Below, in pieces: positions 17,268 to 26,422 of a stretch of 48,963 bases of DNA. Source of the stretch: a virus. Lineage: Duplodnaviria; Caudoviricetes. The stretch spans positions 1 through 48,963 of IMG/VR virus record IMGVR_UViG_3300044852_000030; one strand, given 5' to 3'. How positions within the stretch are numbered: position 1 is the stretch's first letter; each line of letters opens with the position of its first letter. The notes beneath the pieces were generated by a model, which ran no database searches, was not told the DNA's origin, and worked only from the letters and a program-made list of their open reading frames with translations. Position numbers and translations under genes: made by a program.

Positions 17268-17828
17268 TCACGCAGCCTGGGGAACCAATGTGAGTTCGGG
17301 CGGGGCGAAGCGCAGGAACCGCTGCATCACCATGCGGAATTCGCGTTCCATCTCGAGCTGGTTATCCGTAGGGATCTTTTCAGCGAGTAGCATGGCGTCG
17401 TGCCACAGCGCGCCTATGAGCGTCTGAGGGCCTTTCAGCTCAACACCTTCCATCTCGGGGCGTGGCGGTACAGGCGGTTCAGCAGTCTTGCGTTGCCAAG
17501 CCGCGTGACGTATCTCCCGGATGGTTGCCCGCATCGCCCCGACGGTCTCAAACGACAGCACATCGAGTTTCATCCTGTATGCCGCCCGGAAGGTCGAGAC
17601 GTACAGTTTCACGGCGTCAGGTGCTGGTTTCTCTTTCGAGTCCGCTGCGGGACGACCCGCCGTCTGACTCCACCCGTTTGCCTGGAACGCTTCCCTGACC
17701 TTCTCGTTGAAGTGATCCAGGGTTCGTACGTCCTCATTCTTGAGGGTGGTGAACATCCCGTTTGCGGCGCTTTCTACGCCTTTCGCTTTACGGGCAATAT
17801 TGATCAGGTCCGCTGCTAATGTGTTCAT
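17268..17828 (-). CDS. Hypothetical protein
   Basis: 186 aa; GAGGT SD; own promoter. Confidence 0.8.
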   Translation of the reverse strand: MNTLAADLINIARKAKGVESAANGMFTTLKNEDVRTLDHFNEKVREAFQANGWSQTAGRPAADSKEKPAPDAVKLYVSTFRAAYRMKLDVLSFETVGAMRATIREIRHAAWQRKTAEPPVPPRPEMEGVELKGPQTLIGALWHDAMLLAEKIPTDNQLEMEREFRMVMQRFLRFAPPELTLVPQAA

Positions 17829-17893
17829 TTCGACTACCTCAATTCGTTAGTTTGGGTAGCGTCCGTGCCTCTGTGTCACCTTGTCACACCCTA

Positions 17894-17921
17894 AGTATGG
17901 CTCAACTGACGGACTCGTCAA
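17894..17921 (-). promoter_or_regulatory. Sigma70-like promoter/operator (leftward)
   Basis: TTGACG-16-CATACT; operator TGACG-GACT-CGTCA at 17907-17920. Confidence 0.8.
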
Positions 17922-17942
17922 AGCCGTTCGTCGGGGTAAAGA

Positions 17943-18058
17943 TGACCAGAAACGTATAAATAGTCATAAAATGTCCAGTGTAATTTTCTGGTCACGTAAA
18001 TGAAGGTGACGCGGTAGTCGATGCGTGACCAAGAACGTATAAATAGTCACGGAATGTC
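17943..18058. repeat. Imperfect direct repeat upstream of iteron element B
   Basis: TGACCA..AACGTATAAATAGTCA...AATGTC twice (core at 17951-17966 and 18034-18049). Confidence 0.85.
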
Positions 18059-18086
18059 TTTTTAACGCTTACCAGTGCTGAAACCA

Positions 18087-18347
18087 TACCCCGTACCCCG
18101 GAACTCGCAAACTATCCGGGGTACGATTCTAGGGCTCTATCTCGCGGGTTTCAGAGGGGTTACCCGAATACCCCGCATCGATCTCACTCTCACGCCGCTG
18201 GCTTATACTGTTACTGTATTACATACATTACTGTTCTATACTAATATTATTTATTCGGGGTATCGGGGTATAGAATAAAAAGAGGTGTCTATTCCGTGGC
18301 TCTCAGCGATACCCCGAATAAATACCCCGTATCGAATTACCGGGGTA
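18087..18347. repeat. Iteron element copy B; candidate replication origin
   Basis: Nine heptamers at 18087, 18094, 18117(rc), 18169, 18256(rc), 18264(rc), 18310, 18323, 18341(rc), in the same order and orientation as copy A; 39-bp identity 18234-18272 = 4291-4329. Confidence 0.8.
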
Positions 18348-18385
18348 AGGATTATCAAGACAACCGTTGTGGTATTATTCGACTC

Positions 18386-18874
18386 ATGGCCATCTCACTG
18401 AAAACCGTTGATTTCCAACGGGCACTCGACAAGCTGAATACGGAAGTGAAAAAGTTCCGGGGAGGCAAGCACGCGCTCGTCGGGATTCACGAGGACGCGG
18501 CGGCTGTCGAGAACGCTCCTGAAATGACAATGGCTGAACTCGGCGCCACGTTGCATTTCGGTACGGACGGACCGCCAAAGATTCCACCGCGCCCCTGGCT
18601 CGACACAGGCGTGGCATCGGGGCGACAGGATTACATCAAGTACATCGTGGAACAGGTCGGCGGTGGTGCAGGAATGGATCAGGTTATCGAGGGTGTTGGG
18701 GTGCTGGCGGCTGGTGCGACCCAGCAGTTCATGACAGACTTGAAAACACCACCGAACGCTGCATACACGATCATGATGAAAGGTTCGGACAACCCGTTGA
18801 TCGACAAGGGCCACTTAAGGGCCTCTGTCACATCCACCACTACCGATGACGTACCTACGGAGGGCCTGGGATGA
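18386..18874 (+). CDS. Neck / tail completion protein
   Basis: HFGT....IPPRPWL, PPNA..TI..KGSDNPLIDKG.LR.SV motifs. Confidence 0.85.
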   Translation: MAISLKTVDFQRALDKLNTEVKKFRGGKHALVGIHEDAAAVENAPEMTMAELGATLHFGTDGPPKIPPRPWLDTGVASGRQDYIKYIVEQVGGGAGMDQVIEGVGVLAAGATQQFMTDLKTPPNAAYTIMMKGSDNPLIDKGHLRASVTSTTTDDVPTEGLG

Positions 18875-19227
18875 GTTTGGCAATGACGGGCCACATCGAC
18901 GCGGTATTCGTGTCGGTTCCAGCTACTCGCACAGCGATGACAGGCGGCGGCTACGTCGACGGCATATTCACCCCTGGCTCAACCACTACGCTCGCCTACA
19001 CCGTGAACATTCAGCCGGTCAGCGAGCGTGAACTCGATTTTCTGCAACAGGGTGGTGAACGTATCGTCGACCCGCGCCGGATCTACATCAACGACGGCAA
19101 CATGCAGTTGATCGACCAAACTGGTACGTGGACGTTCCTCGGTCAAACATGGAAGGCGCACCGGTGCGACAATCGTTACTGGCGCGACTACTGCAAGTGC
19201 ATTGTATCGAGGATCGACGACCAGTGA
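18871..19227 (+). CDS. Head closure / head-tail joining protein
   Basis: Position and 'GGYVDG.F.PG...VNIQP' pattern. Confidence 0.7.
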   Translation: MSLAMTGHIDAVFVSVPATRTAMTGGGYVDGIFTPGSTTTLAYTVNIQPVSERELDFLQQGGERIVDPRRIYINDGNMQLIDQTGTWTFLGQTWKAHRCDNRYWRDYCKCIVSRIDDQ

Positions 19228-19745
19228 CCAACGAACAATTATTCGCCATCCTGCGACCTATCGTCATGACCGTCACGGGTGTGCCTGAGTGCATCCTTGC
19301 GGATCAGAACGCCAAGTCCCCCACTGGCGAGTACGCATCGATTCGACCACGTCAGAGCGTATCAGAGCGCGGTCAAGCCAATGTGACCACAACCGATAAG
19401 GTTGGTGACCTCGTGACCACAGACGTGCGGTCGCAGATCATCGCGTCGTGCAGTATCAACTTCTACCGGGGTGATGCGATGGCCCGGGCGGAACGCCTGA
19501 AGCAATGCAACAAGCGCCCCGATGTCTCATCGTCGCTGTTCCTGGCCGGTGTGGGATGGCTCGACGCAAGCGCTGTGAACAACCTGACAGCGCTCCAGTC
19601 GTCGAACTGGGAGCAACGTGCACAGGTCACGGTTCGTGTCATGTACGAAGTTTCGGATGTGTGCGATATCAACAACATTCTGAGTACACAGGTGATCGCG
19701 CAGAATGAGAACGCACAGGTTTTGGTCACCGTCAATATTCCGTGA
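19224..19745 (+). CDS. Tail terminator / neck protein
   Basis: GTG start overlapping the previous stop; immediately before the sheath gene. Confidence 0.7.
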   Translation: MTNEQLFAILRPIVMTVTGVPECILADQNAKSPTGEYASIRPRQSVSERGQANVTTTDKVGDLVTTDVRSQIIASCSINFYRGDAMARAERLKQCNKRPDVSSSLFLAGVGWLDASAVNNLTALQSSNWEQRAQVTVRVMYEVSDVCDINNILSTQVIAQNENAQVLVTVNIP

Positions 19746-19784
19746 TAGACTCGCGGGGAATTGCAAACCCTTTGGAGCTAGCAA

Positions 19785-20924
19785 ATGAGCTATCCCGCCT
19801 CGCAAATTATCCAGATCAACGCAAATATCAGCCCGACAGGTCTTGGTAATGCCAACTTCGCGAGCGCGATGCTGTTTGCTCCGAACGGTGAATTACCAGT
19901 CGGTTTTACCGTCGATACCTATCGCACCTACTTCGACCTGCCGTCGCTAATGCTCGACTTCGCGTCGACCACCGAGACGTACAAGGCTGCTTCGAAATGG
20001 CTCGGTGGTACGCCTGCTACCAACCAGATCATGGTTTGGGGTTCTGCTCCGGCTGACGCCAACGTGGTCGCGACGCTGGGCAAGGCTCGCAATAAAGTCT
20101 GGTGGTACTGGACGATCTTCACCGCGCCGATTCAGGCAATCCTGACCAACCCACCATTGATAGCTGCATGGTGTGATTCGGTTGGTAGCATGTATATCAA
20201 CTCGCAGACCGGCACAGCCGCAACAGCGATTCGTGCAAACACTGCGCTGAACATCGCCAACGTGCTGACCACTTCGGGTTACCGTCACGCGTTCACCCCT
20301 GCTCACGCCACCGACGCTTACTCTGGTGTGGCGTTGGCGAAACACTTCGCAGCTGTCAACTACTCCGGCGATAACACCACCATCACCGGTGAGGGTAAGA
20401 AGTCCCCAGGTGTTGCGGCTGAAGACTTGGACGCCACCTCGTACGCGAACATGAAACTCGCGACCAACAAGGCCGTGTTCTATACTGTCGTGGATAACCA
20501 AGGGTCGGTGGATAACGGTCGGTGGATCAACACCTACAGTCACAGCACGTACGGCGAGTTCATTGATGACGTCGTAAACCTTGACGCCTGTATCAACGCG
20601 CTGACGGTTGAACTGTACAACGTCATGTACAACGCCATCGGCAAGTTGCCGCAGACGCCACCCGGTCAGGCTCAATTGATCAGCGGTGCACGTCGCATCC
20701 TGAAACGTTACGTATCGAACGGTTACCTGGGTCCGCGCACCTACACCAACCCGGACGACGGTCTCGATTACTACACCATCGGTTTCGAGATCCTGACCAA
20801 GCCTGAAGACATTTTGACCATCTCCAGTGCCGACCGTAGCGCTCGCAAATCTGCTGCACTGCGTTGCCGCTTGTTCCGCGCCGGTGCGATTCATTCCGCC
20901 ATCGTTAACCTCGACATTTACTAA
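19785..20924 (+). CDS. Tail sheath protein (DUF3383 family)
   Basis: GEFIDDVVNLD, KLPQT..GQ, AGAIHS motifs; GGAG SD. Confidence 0.88.
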   Translation: MSYPASQIIQINANISPTGLGNANFASAMLFAPNGELPVGFTVDTYRTYFDLPSLMLDFASTTETYKAASKWLGGTPATNQIMVWGSAPADANVVATLGKARNKVWWYWTIFTAPIQAILTNPPLIAAWCDSVGSMYINSQTGTAATAIRANTALNIANVLTTSGYRHAFTPAHATDAYSGVALAKHFAAVNYSGDNTTITGEGKKSPGVAAEDLDATSYANMKLATNKAVFYTVVDNQGSVDNGRWINTYSHSTYGEFIDDVVNLDACINALTVELYNVMYNAIGKLPQTPPGQAQLISGARRILKRYVSNGYLGPRTYTNPDDGLDYYTIGFEILTKPEDILTISSADRSARKSAALRCRLFRAGAIHSAIVNLDIY

Positions 20925-20936
20925 GGGTAGCTGCTC

Positions 20937-21344
20937 ATGAGCTTGAAGAATTTTAGCACTGACCTCAGCGTCGTCACGGTTAACGGTCGTCGCATCCAAG
21001 ACTGGGGCGAGACTGCCACCCCTTACAAGGACGCCCCCATCGATCCGAAAGCTTCGCTGCGGCGCGGCCAGGGCGGTAACGCCGTACGCCTCAACCGGAT
21101 CAACCCGGGGCGCAAGGTAGACTTGTTCCTCAACCCTGGGTCACCCGATGCGGCGTACCTGCAAGGTCTGTTCGTGTCGAACGCCAACATCACGTTGACC
21201 TTCACCCAGATCGGTACGCTGGAAACAGCGCTGGGCACCGAAGGCGTAATGGTGAACGATGGCGAGCGTGGTCGCGCCGGTACTACTATCAGCGACGATC
21301 AGTTCTCCATTGAATTCAACACATGGGACGGCACCCGGGGTTAA
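20937..21344 (+). CDS. Tail tube protein
   Basis: 135 aa directly after the sheath gene. Confidence 0.8.
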   Translation: MSLKNFSTDLSVVTVNGRRIQDWGETATPYKDAPIDPKASLRRGQGGNAVRLNRINPGRKVDLFLNPGSPDAAYLQGLFVSNANITLTFTQIGTLETALGTEGVMVNDGERGRAGTTISDDQFSIEFNTWDGTRG

Positions 21345-21347
21345 TCA

Positions 21348-21761
21348 ATGAGTCAGGTTCAAGCGTTCACCGTGGGTGAAAAGACATATAACGCGGTAAT
21401 GGCGTCAGCAGTTAAACAGGATGAACTGTTAAGCATGCTGACTGCCACACTGCTGGATCGGTCGTTGGCAGCGGCAAGTGCTGGGCAAGTGCTCGACGAT
21501 AGCGTTGTGGGTCCGATGATGATGGGTATGCCGTACGCAACCAAAGTCAAGGTTGCGTCGATCATCATGCACAAGGTACTCATCAATGGTACGGAGATCC
21601 CCGTAACCATTGATGATTTCTCCGGTCGCATGGTCGAGTACAACCAGTTGTTGGCGAAACTGCTGATGTGGAATCTCGGGGATTTTTCCTCATGGTTGCG
21701 AAGCGCCCTACCCGTCGGCGTAACACAACCACAAGCTCAGGAAGAAAAACCAGCGCAATAA
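21348..21761 (+). CDS. Tail assembly chaperone
   Basis: Between tube and tape measure genes. Confidence 0.75.
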   Translation: MSQVQAFTVGEKTYNAVMASAVKQDELLSMLTATLLDRSLAAASAGQVLDDSVVGPMMMGMPYATKVKVASIIMHKVLINGTEIPVTIDDFSGRMVEYNQLLAKLLMWNLGDFSSWLRSALPVGVTQPQAQEEKPAQ

Positions 21762-21925
21762 ACTGGTTTCTGATGCGCCCATGTACAGGGATTGATGGGG
21801 TCTGTCCACCGCTCTGTACATGGGCGCAACTCAATGACGGGACTTATTCCATCGCCGACGTCGAACGGTTTAACGTCGCGATCAGTGAGATGCATGCCGC
21901 CCGTGTGGCACAATTGGAAGGTTGA
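21684..21925 (+). CDS. Tail chaperone C-terminal extension (-1 frame), probably reached by frameshift
   Basis: Open -1 frame (21668-21925) with 'NWFLMRPC.G....PPLCTWAQL.DGTYSIADV'; candidate slip site G GAT TTT at 21680-21686. The start coordinate is approximate. Confidence 0.55.
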
Positions 21926-21930
21926 CACAA

Positions 21931-23316
21931 ATGGCAAACGTTCTCACTTCGTTCCTCGTTGGCATCGGTTGGAGTACAGACGACTTTGATCGCGGCACCA
22001 AACACATCGAGTCGAGCCTCAACGGTGTCAAGGCCACGACGCTAGGTATCTCTGCTGCGATCCTGGGGGTTTTCGGCGGCGTGGCGACCGCTGCTATTAA
22101 CACCGCCAATCGTGTCGACAGCCTCGCCCTGGCCACGCAGAACCTGAACACGAATAAACAGTTCGTGTCGAACCTCGGCGGCGCGATGAAACTGATGGGC
22201 GGCGATGCAGCCGATGCGTTGACCGAAGTAAAAAGCATCGAGGAAACCCTTGCGAACTTCAAACTCAAAGGCGAACTTGGCGCTATCGGTGAACTTCCTT
22301 TCGCCGGTGTACAACTCGACGACTTGGCCAAATCACAGAGTGCTTCGGAGTTCATGTCGAAGCTGGCTGAACAAATTCCGAAACTGACCAACCCACAAAA
22401 GCAAGTCGTTCAACAGTCGCTCGGTTTGTCTGATGCGACCATGAAACTGATGAGTGGTGGGAGTAACGAATTTGAGGGACTGCTGCAACGCGCCCAAGAT
22501 TTAACCGGTGGTATCGAAGACCTCACCAAAGGATCGCGTGAACTCAAGTTGCAATTTGCGGAGCTGGGGTTGCGACTGGAGGGTATCACCAACGAACTGA
22601 CCGCCAATACCCTCCCCGGGTTGATCGGTTTGTCAACCTGGGCGAATAAATTCGTCGAGGAACATCGTGAGGATATTTCAAAGGTAATTGATACGGTTGC
22701 CGAGCATCCGGGGTCGACGGCTGCACTCGGCCTGGGTGCGACAAGTTCCGTGTTCGGGGCTATCTTGACCAAGTTCGGACTGTCGGGTATTGGTGGCGTG
22801 GCATCGAAAGCCGGTGTAGCTGGTCAGATCGTGGGCGGCGCAACACTCGGAACGGACATCGTATTCGACACACTGGAAAACCATTTCCCGGGTTTGAAGA
22901 GTGCTGAGTCGGCTATCGACCAGGGTGCTCGTAACATGGGACTCGGCAAACTCGTCGACTTCTCCGATTGGTTGTTCAATACCGAAAAAGGTCAATCGCC
23001 GTCGGGTAATCCACAACCTGGGTCGACTGGGGGTCAGTCACCATCTGAATCCGGTACATCGCCTGGGTCACTGACGAACCCGTCCCAGTACACGCCTGAG
23101 ACGATGTCGACGCCTTACAAGGATGTCAGTCCGGCATCTGAAGAAGCCAACGACACACTGGTGAGAGCCATCCAGTCCGCGAAAGTCAATGTCGCAAACA
23201 ATGTGAATTTAAGCGTGATGCTCGACGGTCAGGCGATTGACGCCAAAATCACAGAAGTTACAGAGCGAGCCAACTACAGTACAATCGACGATGTCCGCTC
23301 ATCGACGGCGAGGTAA
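21931..23316 (+). CDS. Tape measure protein
   Basis: MANVLTSFLVGIG start typical of this family; Ala/Gly-rich helical sequence. Confidence 0.85.
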   Translation: MANVLTSFLVGIGWSTDDFDRGTKHIESSLNGVKATTLGISAAILGVFGGVATAAINTANRVDSLALATQNLNTNKQFVSNLGGAMKLMGGDAADALTEVKSIEETLANFKLKGELGAIGELPFAGVQLDDLAKSQSASEFMSKLAEQIPKLTNPQKQVVQQSLGLSDATMKLMSGGSNEFEGLLQRAQDLTGGIEDLTKGSRELKLQFAELGLRLEGITNELTANTLPGLIGLSTWANKFVEEHREDISKVIDTVAEHPGSTAALGLGATSSVFGAILTKFGLSGIGGVASKAGVAGQIVGGATLGTDIVFDTLENHFPGLKSAESAIDQGARNMGLGKLVDFSDWLFNTEKGQSPSGNPQPGSTGGQSPSESGTSPGSLTNPSQYTPETMSTPYKDVSPASEEANDTLVRAIQSAKVNVANNVNLSVMLDGQAIDAKITEVTERANYSTIDDVRSSTAR

Positions 23317-23319
23317 CCC

Positions 23320-23976
23320 GTGGGTATCGTTAACCTTTTCACAAAGCAAGCCCCGACCATCGCGGGTTACTCGTTTGACGCGGTTCTAGAAGACACTTTC
23401 GAAGCCACGGTTGAAGTGACCACGTATGCGATTGAGTCGGGCGTGCGCGTATCTGACCACCGTATCCTGCAACCGTTTAAATGGTCGCTGGTGGGTGCAG
23501 TCAGTAACAACCCACTCTCGGTACAGTTGACCGATTTCCTCGGTGGCGCACTGTCGAACCTGACGAATAATCCCCTCGTGTCGAGCATCGCTGGTCTATC
23601 GGCTGGGTTCCTGGCGGGTAGCGACGAGACCCGGGCTAGTACCACATTACAGTTTCTTATCACGTTGATGCAGGGCGGTGATCCGTTCGACATCGATGCG
23701 GGCGATATCATCTTGCGCAACATGGTGATCACCCGGCTGTCGCGAACCAAAGATCCCAGCAACGAAAACGGGTTGATATTCATCGCCGATCTCCAAGAAC
23801 TGATAACCCTTGAGCGAATCTCAATGGTCGGCCCACCGTCACCCGCGCAACTTCGTGACGGTGACAAAGCCAAATCGGCGATTACCCGGGCAATCAATCG
23901 CGGTCAGAAACTTGTGGCTGATACAAAGGCCGCTGTTTCCTCACAGGTCGATGCGGTTCTCGGGAGTATATTCTGA
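23320..23976 (+). CDS. Baseplate / tail-tube initiator (Dit-like)
   Basis: FDAVLE......VTTYAIESG..VSDH motif. Confidence 0.8.
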   Translation: MGIVNLFTKQAPTIAGYSFDAVLEDTFEATVEVTTYAIESGVRVSDHRILQPFKWSLVGAVSNNPLSVQLTDFLGGALSNLTNNPLVSSIAGLSAGFLAGSDETRASTTLQFLITLMQGGDPFDIDAGDIILRNMVITRLSRTKDPSNENGLIFIADLQELITLERISMVGPPSPAQLRDGDKAKSAITRAINRGQKLVADTKAAVSSQVDAVLGSIF

Positions 23977-24272
23977 TGGTTGAGATTCCACTGTCGGCAG
24001 GTGTAGCGAATGCACACCAACGATTCTCGATTCAACTCGGTACGAACCTGATCAACTTCGAAATCGATTTCATCTCGTACCTTGACTCACCGGCGTGGTC
24101 GATGAACCTGTTTCGCGATGGGTCGCCGTTGGTGTGCGGTGCCATGCTTGAGCCTGGAAGCGATGTGATCGCACCTTACCGCGCCGGTATCGGTTTATTG
24201 GTATTCGTTGGCGATCCACCGACCATTGATAACCTCGGCATCGCCAACCATCTTGTGTGGGTCACATCATGA
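23976..24272 (+). CDS. Small baseplate protein
   Basis: M.EIPL......QRFSIQLG pattern; position. Confidence 0.7.
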   Translation: MVEIPLSAGVANAHQRFSIQLGTNLINFEIDFISYLDSPAWSMNLFRDGSPLVCGAMLEPGSDVIAPYRAGIGLLVFVGDPPTIDNLGIANHLVWVTS

Positions 24273-25705
24273 GTAACAGTCGCGTCTGGTCGATGGACAT
24301 CAATGGTGAACCGTTCATCGAACCTCAAATCGGCCTGCGCACCTTCCGTGTGGCATTTGATATCCAGATCAGTCCGGGCGATGCGCTGTCGCTCGCCGAT
24401 ATTCGGATTTATAACCTGCTGAAAACGACAGCGATTCAACAGGGTTCGTCGGTTGTGTTCCGTGCTGGTTTCGAGGACGCAAACGACACCATTTTCACCG
24501 GGTACATCACCAACGTGATGCGTGAGCGTGACCCTGGGTCAGCAGAGATCATCACGCGGCTCATATGCAAGTCGGGCGACCCTGTCAAAGATCGCGGGTC
24601 AGCACAGGGGTCATACGGCAAGGGTACTCACATCGTCGATGTCCTGCGCGACCTTGCGCGATCCTGGCCGGTGCAATTGGATATCGACGAGACACAGTTT
24701 GCCGATTCGCCGTTGTTCACCAGCGGTTACACCACAAACGGTGACATCCCGACGATCCTGTTCGAGCTGGCATATGCCTTTGGATTCGAGTGGGTGCAGG
24801 AACGTGGGCGGCTGATCATTACCCGTCGCACCATGTCACGTAAGGTCGCACCGACGCTGATCAACCAGTTTACCGGTATGCAGGGTATCCCCGAGGTGAC
24901 TCGTGGGCCTGATGGGTTGGGTGTGTTCGTCAGCGTAAAGATGAACCCTTACTTCCGGGTCAATGGGAAAATCACTATTCAGAGCGAATTTACGACGTAC
25001 AACACCGGCAATTTGTATTTTACTGAGCTGGGCGGGGATGCGACGGCGAACGGCGATTACAATATTTTTGCCCTACGCCAGCGTGGCGACAGTCACGACA
25101 ATCTGTGGGCGACCGAGATCGACGGCATCCGTGAAAGTGTTGCGACACCACCCGCAACAACTACAACCCCCGCCACTACTGCTGCACCAACCACAACTGG
25201 TGTATTGGCGTGGGGCGCCCGAGTAGATCAACCGTTCCGCGTCCGCGTCCGTAAGATGGGTTCTAACCTGAACATCAATCCTGATTGGCTGATGGCGGTG
25301 ATGGCGTTCGAAACGGGTAACACGTTCGACCCGACGGCGAGTAACCCAGGCAGCTCGGCGACAGGTCTAATCCAGTTCCTTGAGACCACAGCGCGTGGAC
25401 TTGGCACGACAACGACGGCATTGCGCCGCATGACCGCTGTGCAACAACTTGATTATGTCGAGAAGTATTTCGCGCAGTATGCGAGCCGGATCACGAACCT
25501 GGGTGACTGCTACATGGCTGTACTGTGGCCGGTGGCGATGGGTCGTCCGGATTCATACGTGATGTGGACAAAGGTGGGTACGTACGCACGTGAATACGCA
25601 CAGAACTCGGGATTGGATACGAACCGGGATGATCAGATTACGCGGGGTGAGGCTGTTGCCCGTGTGAATACATCGTTAATGCGCGGGCAACAATTCGCAC
25701 AGTGA
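24269..25705 (+). CDS. Baseplate hub with C-terminal lytic transglycosylase-like domain
   Basis: Hub N-terminus (IRIYNL, AGF....IFTG.I), Thr/Pro linker, then LMAVMAFETG...ATGLIQF lysozyme-like motifs. Confidence 0.82.
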   Translation: MSNSRVWSMDINGEPFIEPQIGLRTFRVAFDIQISPGDALSLADIRIYNLLKTTAIQQGSSVVFRAGFEDANDTIFTGYITNVMRERDPGSAEIITRLICKSGDPVKDRGSAQGSYGKGTHIVDVLRDLARSWPVQLDIDETQFADSPLFTSGYTTNGDIPTILFELAYAFGFEWVQERGRLIITRRTMSRKVAPTLINQFTGMQGIPEVTRGPDGLGVFVSVKMNPYFRVNGKITIQSEFTTYNTGNLYFTELGGDATANGDYNIFALRQRGDSHDNLWATEIDGIRESVATPPATTTTPATTAAPTTTGVLAWGARVDQPFRVRVRKMGSNLNINPDWLMAVMAFETGNTFDPTASNPGSSATGLIQFLETTARGLGTTTTALRRMTAVQQLDYVEKYFAQYASRITNLGDCYMAVLWPVAMGRPDSYVMWTKVGTYAREYAQNSGLDTNRDDQITRGEAVARVNTSLMRGQQFAQ

Positions 25706-25849
25706 TCAACAGCGAGGCCATCCGGTTAATGCTCGGTCATGCATCACGAGCGCCCGGGCTTTCTGCCCATTTCCAGACCGTCCCAGTAATCGACGAATGA
25801 TCCTTGGGTCAAGAAAGACCAATGCACACTTAATCATTTCGGTATCCAT
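25706..25849 (-). CDS. 47-aa hypothetical protein (not in track)
   Basis: MDTEMIKCALVFLDPRIIRRLLGRSG...; GGGAG SD. Confidence 0.45.
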   Translation of the reverse strand: MDTEMIKCALVFLDPRIIRRLLGRSGNGQKARALVMHDRALTGWPRC

Positions 25850-25852
25850 CGC

Positions 25853-25990
25853 TTAATTACTCCCAGACTGATTCACCGGTATAAACGTGTAGTTGTCCCC
25901 ACCGTGGTGGTGCACGCACCAATAGTCACTGTCGAGACGGTTCATCAGTTCCCGAAACGTGTAAAGCCGGGTTGCGTAGGTGCGTTTCAT
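25853..25990 (-). CDS. 45-aa hypothetical protein (not in track)
   Basis: MKRTYATRLYTFRELMNRLDSDYWCVHHHGGDNYTFIPVNQSGSN; GAGGT SD; ATGA overlap. Confidence 0.6.
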   Translation of the reverse strand: MKRTYATRLYTFRELMNRLDSDYWCVHHHGGDNYTFIPVNQSGSN

Positions 25991-26298
25991 GGTTTGACCT
26001 CGGCGCGGACAATGGTCCCTTCTTCGTCGTCATCTATCCATTCGCCGCCTGTTTTAAGTAGGACGGCGCATTCCATGCAAATGTTGTGCAGATGGTCGTC
26101 GCTATCAACCATATAGGTTAGGTGATCCGGACAGAAATACTTCTCGCAACTGACCTCATCTTGACCATGCATGCCACCGCAGGCGTATGACAGGCCGCGA
26201 TCAATTTTGATGCCACACCCGGGCTGATCACATGTTGCCGAGTGTGCGTACCCGATAGGTCGCCCTTGTGAATCTGTACCGCAATCGCTCCAGCTCAT
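25987..26298 (-). CDS. Cys/His-rich zinc-binding hypothetical protein, antisense insert
   Basis: GR.IGY...ATCD.PGC...IDRGL.Y.CG..H....C..YFC..H; GGAGG SD; own promoter. Confidence 0.8.
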   Translation of the reverse strand: MSWSDCGTDSQGRPIGYAHSATCDQPGCGIKIDRGLSYACGGMHGQDEVSCEKYFCPDHLTYMVDSDDHLHNICMECAVLLKTGGEWIDDDEEGTIVRAEVKP

Positions 26299-26326
26299 CT
26301 CTCAACCCTCCCGTTCGTGTACCGAC

Positions 26327-26354
26327 ACTCTACCACCTCTGACGAACTCGTCAA
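26327..26354 (-). promoter_or_regulatory. Sigma70-like promoter/operator (leftward)
   Basis: TTGACG-16-TAGAGT with extended TG; operator TGACG-AACT-CGTCA at 26340-26353. Confidence 0.8.
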
Positions 26355-26364
26355 TCCCCACCCG

Positions 26365-26422
26365 TTAAAAAGCCCGGCGAACCGGGCGACATCAACACAC
26401 AGCAGGGAGACTGCACAGTCTC
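26365..26422 (-). ncRNA. Candidate small RNA (hairpin, GU-rich seed, terminator)
   Basis: GAGACTGTGCAGTCTC-CCTGCTGTGTGTTGATGTC-GCCCGGTTCGCCGGGC-TTTTT; upstream TTGACA/TTGACG and a degenerate operator at 26429-26442. Confidence 0.5.

Noticed and set aside
18075-18385. ORF 18075-18278 and the N-terminal extension of 18296
   Set aside because: They run through the iteron element, whose copy A is non-coding.
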